Shown: positions 1-9,931 of the stretch, piece after piece
How positions within the stretch are numbered: position 1 is the stretch's first letter
Layout: every line of letters starts with the position of its first letter
NCBI GenBank assembly: GCA_051942205.1
Contig: JAVECO010000026.1
Span: 62,001 to 126,000 of the forward strand
Direction: 5' to 3'
Source: Coniocarpon cinnabarinum
Lineage: Eukaryota
Length of the DNA: 64,000 bases
Translations under genes and position numbers: made by a program
Notes under the pieces: model-generated
Database searches by the model: none
Seen by the model: the letters and a program-made list of their open reading frames with translations, nothing else
What the model was told of the DNA's origin: nothing

Positions 1-105
1 CAGCGGCGTCACAACCGCGCCCCTTTGCATGTGGGAAACCGCATCCTAAGCACTGAATTCAAGGTGAACGGGCTGTCCCATGTCGAGTAACATCGTCAGG
101 ACAGT

Positions 106-2665
106 ATGAAGCAAGGGCTACGCAGAATAAGAAATGCACCAAGTCGTAGCTTGCCCAACTATATATCGCGTGGCAATGCAACACTCAGCGCCACGGCAAC
201 CACGCCTATCAAGTCCATTCTCATCGCCAATCGAGGCGAGATTGCTGTGTATGTCGTCTTCCCCAAGGCTCGATCCAGCCCCGCACGCCATTTTCCAGGA
301 GACACTTCCAAATGTCACATTGTCGATTGACTGACTGGTACATGTGTAAGGCGTGTCAGCAAAACAGCGTCTGATCATGGCATTCGAACAACTTCCATCT
401 TCACCAACCCAGACGCCGCATCTGAGCATGTCCTTTCCTCGCCCTTCACTATCAATCTTGGCGACGCCTCATCTTATCTCGACGGCGAGAAGATAATCAA
501 TGCTGCCAAAAGTCAAGGCTGCGATTCGATCCATCCGGGGTATGGCTTTGTACGTCTCTTTCGCACTTCTGAGCGTAGTTCAATGCCGATGTTTTTGCCG
601 TCTCGAGGCGATTTGAGAGACACAATTGTCCCAACCATAGCTAATTTTTGTGCAGCTGAGCGAGAATGCATTGTTTGCACGAAGATGCGCAGAGGCTGGG
701 CTAAACTTCATTGGCCCCTCATGGCAAGCTATAGAGGCCATGGGCCACAAGAGGTTAATCTGCCTATTGATGTCTCTTGTGCTGCCACACTGACGGTCGC
801 AGTCGTTCCAAGGAGATTATGCAGGCCGCACATGTGCCTTGTACACCCGGCTATCATGGGTCAATTCAAGATCCATCACATCTTGCAGAACAAGCCGAGA
901 AGATAGGCTATCCAGTCTTGCTAAAGGCCGTCCATGGTGGAGGAGGAAAGGGGATGCGCATTGCACATCAAGCGGAGGACTTCCTGAGTCAACTCGAGTC
1001 CGCCAAATCTGAAGCTCGAAATTCGTTTGGCGATGATACTATGTTGGTGGAGAAGTACATCACACGTCCACGGCATGTGGAAGTGCAGATATTCGGAGAC
1101 AAGCACGGAACCGTCGTCGCGCTGGGTGAGCGAGACTGCAGCATACAAAGACGGCATCAGAAGATCATTGAGGAGTCGCCAGCTCCTGGCCTGTCTGACG
1201 CCCAACGCGAAGACTTGTGGAGCAAGGCTATCGAAGCGGGCAAGGCCGTCAACTATGTGGGTGCGGGAACTGTCGAGTTCATCCTCGACTCGGACGTTGG
1301 TGACTTCTACTTCATGGAAATGAACACTCGCCTTCAAGTGGAGCACCCGGTCACGGAGATGTGCACAGGTCTTGATCTGGTAGAATGGCAGATACGAGTC
1401 GCCCGAGGCGAGCCAATCCCCTTGACGCAAGCCCAAATCGAAGCTCGTATTGCTGAACGAGGACATGCTGTCGAGGCTCGCATTTACGCCGAGGATCCTG
1501 AGATGGACTTTCTCCCAACTGCAGGAACATTGACACATCTCAAGCTACCCTTGGAATCAGACGGCTCTGTTCGAATCGACACAGCGATCAAGGAAGCGCC
1601 AACTACAATATCGAGCCATTACGATCCGATGATTAGCAAGCTCATTGTTTCCGGCCCGGATCGCGAGACTGCGCTGAGGAAGATGCAGCATGCGCTAGAG
1701 CGATATGAAGTTGCAGGGCTAACAACAAATGTGGAGTTTCTCAAACAATTGTGCCTCAATCCCAGCTTTGCGGTAGGTACACCAGATCTGGACACTGGAT
1801 TTATTGGGAAGCATCACACTGAGCTCTTCTCACCCAGACAAGTGCCGCCTGAAGTGTGGGTTCAAGCTGCGCTTGCACTTCAACTCCGGGAGTGTAGTAC
1901 TTCAAACTCATCGGCCAATGAAGTGTTCGGCTTCGGTGAAGCAAGAATTGGCTCCAATGCTTATGATACGCGCTTCATTGAGCTTGCCATCGCTCCCAAA
2001 GCCGTCGCTGCAGTTGATGCAGAAGCTCCTCACAGGATCATGATTCAACAAACATCACATGGAGCTTTCAATGCCTCTCTTGAATTTACTACAACATCAG
2101 CTTCGTCACAAACTGAGCCATTCGTGTTTCCCCAGGTTAAAGCCAGCCTGGCATCGACCAATAATCCGCAGACATTCATCCTGTCAACATTCCTCCCGAA
2201 TACGCGCCTTACCTCGACCGTTGTCTTTCCCAGTCCGTCGCACAACGCCGAATACAAGCCTGTGATCACCATCTTTGATCGCGGCACGAGATACGACCTC
2301 ACCATCCCGCCGCCAGCTTGGTTGAGCAAAGCCCTTGGCAAGAGTACAAGCTCCGCGAATGAAGCAAGTGTCACAGCACCAATGCCTAGCAAGATCCTAA
2401 GAGTGGAGACGGAGCCAGGCAAGGGTGTAAGAAAGGACCAGCCTCTGGTCGTAGTTGAAAGCATGAAGATGGAGATGGTCATTAGAGCGCCAAAAGACGG
2501 GTTGATCGTGAAAAGAGTGCCATTCAAAGCCGGGGTGAGTGGGGACGTCACCTTAACTTGAAGTTCTTGCTAACATGTGGATAGGATATCTGCAAGGCGG
2601 GTGCTACTTTGGTAGAGTTCGAGGATCAAGCTCAGCCACGTGAAACTTCTAGCAGCACCAGCTAA
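106..2665 (+). CDS. mccA: 3-methylcrotonyl-CoA carboxylase alpha (biotin-containing) subunit, mitochondrial; multi-exon
   Basis: Biotin carboxylase motifs [39 protein letters not shown] and [14 protein letters not shown], plus the biotinyl motif ESMKM. The N-terminus is Arg/Ser-rich like a presequence. Predicted GT-AG introns near 249-350, 550-655, 753-801 and 2534-2584; stop TAA at 2663-2665. Confidence 0.9.
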
Positions 2666-3180
2666 ACCGACCTGAAGGCCACGGACGCTCGAGATTTTGC
2701 TAGATGAGCAACAACTCTCTAGCATTGGGGAATACAGGACGACGTGACGTTGCCCGATCCTAGCAGCACCAGTCCGCCTTCAACGACCCCAGGCTCAAGC
2801 TGGGTGAATTTCATTAGCAACACAAGGTTTGTTGACAAAGTCGCCGTGATTACATGATATATAATTGTCGGACTCACTCAGCTCCATAAAACGAGACACA
2901 CGATGTCAACGTCAACCACAATAGTGTTGAATCGCTATTCCAGACGCACTAGATGAAAAAGCATAGTCTGTGCTCTATCTCGCTGGCTCTTTTGAGTATA
3001 GAAAAAAAAAATCATCATCCATGAACTGAACGTTCACATGCGTCGGAAGCGCAAGTAATGAACGCCACGCTCAAAACCGCGCTCTTTCGCTCCCCAAGCT
3101 CTGTGTGCCCCTTTGCCGCCAGGTCAGTTCCCGTGCTATGTGACCACGTTGTCGACTACGTGCAATACGTCGCAGAACAC

Positions 3181-3996
3181 CTACGACTTGAGAACCTTGT
3201 CCAGACAGGCATCGAATTCCTTCCAGTCGTGCATCACGACCACTGCACCACATTCCTCTCCGAGCACCTTTTCCATCTGCTTCACCTTGTCCGCACCGCC
3301 CTCTTCATAGTACGGTCCCACGTACCCGATGAGCGGGATCTTGGCGTTCTTCGCGGCAGTGGCACCGCTTCTGCTATCTTCAATGGCGACGCACTCGCTC
3401 GGCTTGTAGCCCAGTTTTTCACACGCGTGCAGGTAGATGGCCGGGTTGGGCTTGCTGGTGGGCGGATCGAGCGACGTCGCGGCGCTGAAGACCTTGTTCC
3501 GGGGGAAGAACTTGTCCTGGCCCACTTTATCAATGGACGCCAGAACGCGGGGCATGGCGCTCGACGAGACGATGGCCATCTCGTATTTGCCCTCCTTCTG
3601 CAGCCGCGTGCACACCTCCGTGGCACCGGGGCATTCCGCGGCCTTGGCATTCAGCTTCGCAATGACAGCGTGCATCTCCTGCTCGACGTAGGCGTCAAAC
3701 TTGTCGCTCGGGATCGTGAACTTGTATTTATCCTGCAGGCCGACCATCATGCCGCGGAAGTTCTGGCCCACGAAGTCGGCTTGCAGTTCGGGGCCGGAGT
3801 ATTTGCCTGGTTTGGGGTTGGGGGCATACTGGGCGATGATTTCGTTGGCGAGGTCGGCGCAGGCTTCGAAGGCGAGGGATTCGGAGAGGACGAGGGTGTT
3901 GTCGCAGTCGAAGAGGAGGCATTTGATCTGGCTGCTCGTTAGTGGATAGTGCCCGGGGATTTGTGCATGGGTGGAATATAGACTTACTGGAGGCAT
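3181..3996 (-). CDS. HAD-superfamily hydrolase (HAD-IA / beta-PGM-like phosphatase)
   Basis: Motif I LLFDCDNTL, motif II IVSSS, motifs III/IV SKPNP...IEDSRSG. ATG at 3996 is followed by an in-frame 60-nt intron (GTAAGT at 3987, ACTAAC branch, CAG at 3928), giving MPP|IKCLLFD. Confidence 0.85.
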   Translation of the reverse strand: MPPVSLYSTHAQIPGHYPLTSSQIKCLLFDCDNTLVLSESLAFEACADLANEIIAQYAPNPKPGKYSGPELQADFVGQNFRGMMVGLQDKYKFTIPSDKFDAYVEQEMHAVIAKLNAKAAECPGATEVCTRLQKEGKYEMAIVSSSAMPRVLASIDKVGQDKFFPRNKVFSAATSLDPPTSKPNPAIYLHACEKLGYKPSECVAIEDSRSGATAAKNAKIPLIGYVGPYYEEGGADKVKQMEKVLGEECGAVVVMHDWKEFDACLDKVLKS

Positions 3997-4362
3997 GATG
4001 AGCGATTGGTGCTGCAGTGACCTCGTGTTAAACGTGCAGCGGTTTAAAGAAAAGAGAGGAGAGGGCAAGCGACAATGGACGAGGTGAAAAGTCGAGTTGA
4101 ATGGAAGAGAGGGAGCTGGAATTTTCAGAAACCGCGAGAACGAGGGGCCCGAGTGTGGGCGAGGCTGGATCTGGTGGGGGCGCCAAGGGAGGTGCTTGTG
4201 CGACGACGACAGGGTCATTCCTGGACTGCAACCTTCAACATTCTGGGGATGCAAGAGACGGGAGCATGGCGACGACAGGGACCAGATTGTTGAGATCTCC
4301 AGGCGCTCAGCAGGCGCCCTCTCATACATCTACTCTGTGGAGACCCATTGGCCTTCGCAAAC

Positions 4363-5604
4363 TTAGTCCTTCCCCTTCACCTCCGTCCCATCAGCATCTT
4401 TCATGCTATAGCCAGCTTTTCCCCTTCTTCCAAGCGCCCTTCTCAGTATCCAGTCTTTCGCCATGATCTCTTCGTCCACCTCGCCTCGGCTTTCCCTCTC
4501 CGCTGCCGCCGCATCAATCATCTTGCTTCCTTGACCTCTCAGGACCCGCAACATCACCTCGTCCGCTGGTCGCGCAAAGTACACGAGACTGTGCCTCACC
4601 AACTTGCCCTGTTCTTCTCCTGGTGGATTGACCACTCGATGGGTGGCGCTCTTCAAGATGCCTCCACTGAACTTGACCATGGCATCCCCAAGGTTGACGA
4701 TACAATGTCCTGGCAGTGGTTTGACATACAGCCAGTCCGTGTAGCTTTCGCCGTGTTCGTTCTTTAATTCTGGAGGTGGTAGCACCTGAAGACCTCCGAG
4801 TCTGTTGAAAAGCAGTGTCACAGAACCAAAGTCTGTGTGTGCACCAAGAGAAGCTTGACGATCATCCATGGGCTGAGGAGGCGCTCGGATGAACCGCACT
4901 TGGTCTCCAGAGATTGAACTACGTCTGTGAAGACCGGACAGCACAGGCACTGGTGCGGTGGAAAGCCCCAGCTTCTCATTCAAACGTGCCAGAATAACCG
5001 AGACGATTGAGTGCGCGTTAGTCATGTATGAGGTAAGCAGCGGTCGGTAAGCATCAAACAGCTGTGGCTGGGGAAGACGTTCGCTCATGCCGAGAATGTC
5101 GTCTTTTGAAACCTGCGCAAGGCGATCAGCCCTCCAGCAAGTACACGAAGAGCTCTTTTAACAAACATTGTAGAACTCGTTACGATCTCTGTTACCCTCT
5201 TTGTCGACGAAGCCAGCCCCGTAGCCCTTATATCCGAAGTAAGAACCTTGGCCACTTAGATCGTACGAGCTTTTCTCTTCAGTAGCAAGTGCAAAAAACT
5301 CCTTGCCTACGCTAAACAGACGCTCTGCATCATCGGCGAATCTTTTACCTTCTATGCGCTCGCAGTTACTATCATCGCCTGCAACATCGCAGCTACCGTG
5401 CGTGTGGCTTCCATGATCACTAGTATTCAAGTCAAGGTAGAAGAAGCCGAGCTTGGTGCATGCGTCCCACAAACGTTGACATTCTTCGAGATCACTGTCC
5501 AAGAGCTTCTGAAGACTTACTCGACGCAGCGGTGCAGTCAATACGTCCTCAGGAAAAGGTGGAAGGCCCTCGAACCCCCTGTCAATGTCAACGTTCGAAT
5601 ACAT
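4363..5604 (-). CDS. 2-oxoglutarate/Fe(II)-dependent dioxygenase (IPNS/gibberellin-oxidase-like family)
   Basis: DIOX_N-like segment LWDACTKLGFFYL, metal ligands HTDFGS...HRV, and RHS for 2OG binding. A 54-nt intron at 5166-5113 joins FYN|VSKDD. Confidence 0.88.
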
Positions 5605-6432
5605 GAGGTCGATAACGGAAACAAAAGCAATATCTACATTTTTCTTTAAAGAGGAAGGAAATGGCGTCACCGTCTTCCAGACGAGCCATTGGCAAGCTTC
5701 CCCACATCAAGTCAACCGCGAAGACCGACAAGCTCGGCCAGTCCAGAAGACGCGCCAGCGCTTATACTACAAATGGAGCAGATGCATTTGCGTCTTCGAT
5801 TATTGCAGAAGCAGCTGGTGGAGATTTTACAAGTCGGTGATATAGGAGATAGCTTCGTCAGGAACAGAAAAGTAAGACAATGGAGAAGTGATAGAAGGGC
5901 AACTGTGCGACACATAGCGACTGTGCCATCTGTGATGACCAACGACGTGCTGTATACCTTACCTACCCATTTGCGCCCGAAAGCAGGCTGAGGGAAAACA
6001 GGCGAGCAAGGCTGGGCGAGAAGCCAATGGCTGGCTGGATCTTGGTTCATTGGTCGGGGGTCTGGGCGTGGCCGGAGGGGGGAGAGAAAAGAAAAAAAAA
6101 AAGAAGGCTTGTTGCTCGGGTGATCACTAGCGCGCCCGGCCTTATTTATTCTTTACTTCACCGTCAACTCTGACACACCGCCTGCTGCTCTTTTGCTCCA
6201 CGCATCCCCGCTCTGAAGCCTCACTCCATTCTGTTTCTCGAGCCTTCAGCATCTCGTGCTGCGTATGCAAGTCATTTGCCAATCTATTCGCATGCAGTAC
6301 TGAACCAAGATCCACGCCACGCTCTTCTTTTCATTTCCTTCTTCAGATTTAGGGGTTCAAGTTTCTTGGATTCCTTCTGAAGTGTTCTCGTGACGCTTCG
6401 GAAGGTTTTCGAGAACACTCACTCCAGCTAAT

Positions 6433-7274
6433 CTGGATTACGACGCCCGCGTTCCCATCCCCATCAGTGTCTTCCCGTCCTCGTACCGGAGCGACACTGC
6501 CCAAGAGGGTCACCAGCAAGACTCGACCCGAGTAGAGCAGCACCAGCAGGCCGACAGCTCTTCGCGCCGCGGACGGGAAGATCAAGACACTCGCTACTCG
6601 AGAGAAGACCGCCGTCGAGACTCCTCCCGCCGCGACCGTCGCGGAGACCGCACCGAGACCAAAACCACTCGCATCTACGAAGAGGACGACCGCCGTCGAG
6701 ACCGCCGCCGCCGTCCAGAGACCGTCCGTGAGGAGGACGTCCGCATCTACGAGGAGCGTGACCGACGACCTCGCCACCGCGACAGCTACACCGAAGTCCG
6801 ATTTCGAGAGGACGATCACAGAGAGCGTGATCACGACCTAGACGTTGAACGCCGACGGTAAGTCCCCCATCCTGCAATTTTTGAGCTCCAGCGCGGTTTG
6901 AATATTCGGCTTTGCGAGTTCATTCAGCCAGCGCATCTCCCGGAGACTCGGGGGCGCTCCGAAAGCGTTTACGCTAGCGTTGCTAGGTAAACAAATCACT
7001 CAACTCCTGCTTCTTCATTTCTGTCCCTTCTCTAAACCACTTACTTCTCAACCATGAACCATGACTGACTTGGCCACTCTGTAGCTACAGCGAGCCTCGT
7101 GACGAACGCGTCTACGAGTCTGCCATAGACGTTGCAGAACGAGACTACCGTCGACGGACAACACCCTTCGTTTCGGACGAATTCGTGGAGCATCGTCCCG
7201 AATATCCCCTTGAGGAAGAGCGCGTTCGTGTAGAAGACTACAGTGTTGACGGGGGCCACCGATCAAGAGCTCAC
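6433..7274 (+). CDS. hex1: Putative N-terminal extension of HEX-1 (long isoform; exons 6433-6857 and 7085-7274), lacking an AUG
   Basis: Open frame LDYDARVPIPISVFPSSYRSD followed by R/E/D-rich sequence. A phase-2 intron (GTAAGT at 6858, CTGAC branch, TAG at 7084) joins it in frame to YSEPRDERVYESAIDVAERDYRRR...MGYYDEDG. Confidence 0.7.
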
Positions 7275-7949
7275 ATGGGTTACTACGACGAGGACGGCCA
7301 CTACCATTCCTTCCGTCACGGCGCTCAGCGTGCTGCCGACCGTCTTGAAGAACGCATTGCCCATCCAGCCCACGGTGGGCACTACGAGCATCATCACCAC
7401 CACCACGATCACCACCGTCATCACCCTGTTCGTGAAGAGGTAGACGTCGACATGGACCGTCCCAGCAGTCACCATGTTCGTTACGTGGAACGTTCGCGCC
7501 CACCCCATACTGTCACCATTCCCTGCCGCCACATCCGCATTGGTGACTTGCTCATCCTTCAAGGCCGTCCATGCCAGGTCATACGTATCACCATCTCCAA
7601 CCAGACTGGCCAGTACCGCTACTTGGGCGTCGACCTCTTTTCCAAACAGCTCCATGAAGAAAGCTCCTTCGTCTCACACCCTTCTGAGTCTGTCGTCGTC
7701 CAGAACATGGTCGGTCCGGTCTTCAAGGAGTATCGCATCCTTGACATTCGTGGCGACGGACGTGTCGTTGCCATGACCGAGACTGGCGACGTCAAGCAAG
7801 GACTGCCCATCATTGATCAAGGTGGTCTCTGGCACCGTTTGAGGGATGCCTTTGACAACGGTCGTGGCAGTGTGCGTGTCTTGGTCATCAATGACGCTGG
7901 CCGCGAGCTCGGTGTTGACTACAAGGTTGTCCATGGTGCCCGACTCTGA
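7275..7949 (+). CDS. hex1: Woronin body major protein HEX-1 (short, AUG-initiated form)
   Basis: Typical N-terminus MGYYDEDGHYHS, a His-rich segment, the eIF5A-like core TVTIPCRHIRIGDLLILQGRPCQVIRI...YRYLGVDLF, and C-terminal PTS1 -ARL. Confidence 0.96.
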   Translation: MGYYDEDGHYHSFRHGAQRAADRLEERIAHPAHGGHYEHHHHHHDHHRHHPVREEVDVDMDRPSSHHVRYVERSRPPHTVTIPCRHIRIGDLLILQGRPCQVIRITISNQTGQYRYLGVDLFSKQLHEESSFVSHPSESVVVQNMVGPVFKEYRILDIRGDGRVVAMTETGDVKQGLPIIDQGGLWHRLRDAFDNGRGSVRVLVINDAGRELGVDYKVVHGARL

Positions 7950-8225
7950 TCGATGCTCGTGGATCGAAACAATGAGTGGTGGAACGAGAAAAGATGTTGT
8001 TCCCTTTGTTATCATGAAGACACCCCCCAAACAAATTTGTAGCCGGACATTGACGGCATCATGTTGATAATCCTGCACAGCGTTTGTGTTTGGTCAACCT
8101 GGCGTGGAGGGAGTAGATAGTTGAATCATGTCAGATAGTGAATGAATGCATCTTCTTCAGGCAATGATCTCTTCCATCTTTTTATTTCGGACAATCATCG
8201 TGTCATCTCCGTTCTTTTGAGTAGC

Positions 8226-8819
8226 TCATAGAAATTTTCTCGCTGCTGCGGCCACACGCTGTCTAAAAACAGGGCTCTTGATTTCCATGTCAATCTTGTA
8301 AAACGGATTCAACGTAGTCTTCACCCAATTTTCATACACGTCCGCAAAGAATTGTCTCACCGCCTCCTCTGTTGCTTGTGGTGCTCCCGCCGCCGTTCCA
8401 GGACCTCCAGCAGGACTGAATGCACCTCCAATCTGCCCCATCCCAAACACCCCGCCGCTTCCATGTTTACTCCCTGAACTCCCGCTACTTAATGGCCTAC
8501 CCAGGCCACTTCCGGGCCGCTCCTTCCCCAGCTGTTCCTCATGCGGCGCGCTGAGGAGCATGAATTTCATGCCTGTGCCCGTGACGAAGCACGACACCAG
8601 TGCATTGCGAAAGCGGTCGACATTCTTGAGGTACAGCGCCCCTGTCATCCAGACGGCTTCTTCAACAATGTCGAGCGCGGCGTGGACGATGAATTGGTTG
8701 AGCGTGCGGGCATCGTCTGTGAAGCGGGAGAGGCCATCTGCGGAGCCGCGAGAGGTGCCGAATTCGTAGGTGAAGATGGGGTTGTCTTTGGTTCCTATTA
8801 TAGCGAAATAGTAGGACAT
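8226..8819 (-). CDS. TRS20: TRAPP complex subunit Trs20 (sedlin/TRAPPC2)
   Basis: MSYYFAIIGTKDNPIF, LNQFIVHAALDIVEE, LYLKNVDRF, VYENWVKTTLNPFY...IKSPVF, with a Gly-rich insertion. Confidence 0.92.
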   Translation of the reverse strand: MSYYFAIIGTKDNPIFTYEFGTSRGSADGLSRFTDDARTLNQFIVHAALDIVEEAVWMTGALYLKNVDRFRNALVSCFVTGTGMKFMLLSAPHEEQLGKERPGSGLGRPLSSGSSGSKHGSGGVFGMGQIGGAFSPAGGPGTAAGAPQATEEAVRQFFADVYENWVKTTLNPFYKIDMEIKSPVFRQRVAAAARKFL

Positions 8820-9057
8820 GTTGGGGAGACTACTCTGGCGTTTCACCGTGAGTGACCCTCTCAGACTGCTTCAAAGGCATCATTCGGAGCTACATGTGCT
8901 CGCATTGCGCCTTGAGATTACGAGCGGGACTAACAGGTAAAGTACTATTACCCGAAATGGAGTCATGTGATCGATATGGCCCAATGCTCTTAGAGCGTCA
9001 ATCAGCGTCTTGGATACTCTCCGTGTTTACGTTTTCACTTCATAGACGCCAACCATC

Positions 9058-9521
9058 ATGTTCGGACCATTCAAAGCCTCCTTGCCGCGCCTTGGCGGCT
9101 TACTGTGGTGCGTTTGATACTCACAAGCCAAATAATGTTGTGTGGCTCATAAGCTGTTCTTAGGAAACGACCCTGGAGAATTTCAATACATCAAAAACGT
9201 CGACAACGAAAGCGCCTTCGGTTGGTCGACAATGTCGTCGATACTCTCAGTAAATCTTTAAGACGTCACGAGCAGCCTCAGACTCACAGCATAGAGCGCT
9301 GGAAGGCTGAGATGCCGAGGGAAGAGGAGATGGTAGCAAGAGACAAATACACCATTTTTGCCAGGAATGAGAAGAAATACCGCAAAGGAATACACAGTAG
9401 GTCTCTTTGATTCTGTGATGAAATAGTCTCTGCTTTTGAAAGTGCCCAATACTGACTGGTCACGGCAGAGCTGCCAAAATGGACAAGGGTCAGTCAAAGA
9501 CTTAATCCTCCAGGTTTTTGA
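9058..9521 (+). CDS. MRPL31: Mitochondrial large ribosomal subunit protein mL60 (YmL31); 3 exons
   Basis: Spliced product MFGPFKASLPRLGGLLW|KRPWRISIHQKRRQRKRLRLVDNV...DKYTIFARNEKKYRKGIHK|LPKWTRVSQRLNPPGF. Introns at about 9108-9163 and 9398-9468. Confidence 0.9.
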
Positions 9522-9931
9522 TCTCGGGAAACCCGCGCTCGTTCACGTTCGCAGCAAGAGTACCTTACTATGTGCTTTTGTTCTGGAATGGCAGGTGCGC
9601 TGCAAATCAGAGCACGCATGGTGCACTCATGCATTGCCGCTTCCTCATCTACGTACAAGCAGGCTTCCAGGCACACATACTACCTTCTACTCCATTCAAT
9701 CGAAAGAATAAGACAAACGCCCTCACAAACTTCCTACATGCTCTGTCACTGAGCCAATCCGAGACTGATACCTAGACCCACATATATCCATTACGGTCGG
9801 AACTTCACTACTATTGAAAGATCTTGTCCATGGCCATTCTCACAGGTTAGGTTCAATGCCTTCTCAGACACCTGACCTTTCACAAGAGTCACGTTCTGGT
9901 GTCACCGCACCACTACGCACACACGCACATA

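Noticed and set aside
3058..3942. 294-aa plus-strand ORF antisense to the HAD hydrolase
   Set aside because: It is a shadow ORF explained by strong C/G-ending codon bias of the real minus-strand gene and has no motifs.
3997..4329. Upstream in-frame extension of the HAD ORF (382-aa model), close to the oxygenase stop
   Set aside because: The sequence looks like a pyrimidine-rich promoter/UTR. ATG 3996 has good context and HAD motif I follows immediately. There is no evidence of fusion.
6349..6877. Minus-strand hydrophobic ORFs (161 and 137 aa) upstream of hex-1
   Set aside because: These are antisense shadows of the R/E/D-rich plus-strand HEX-1 extension.
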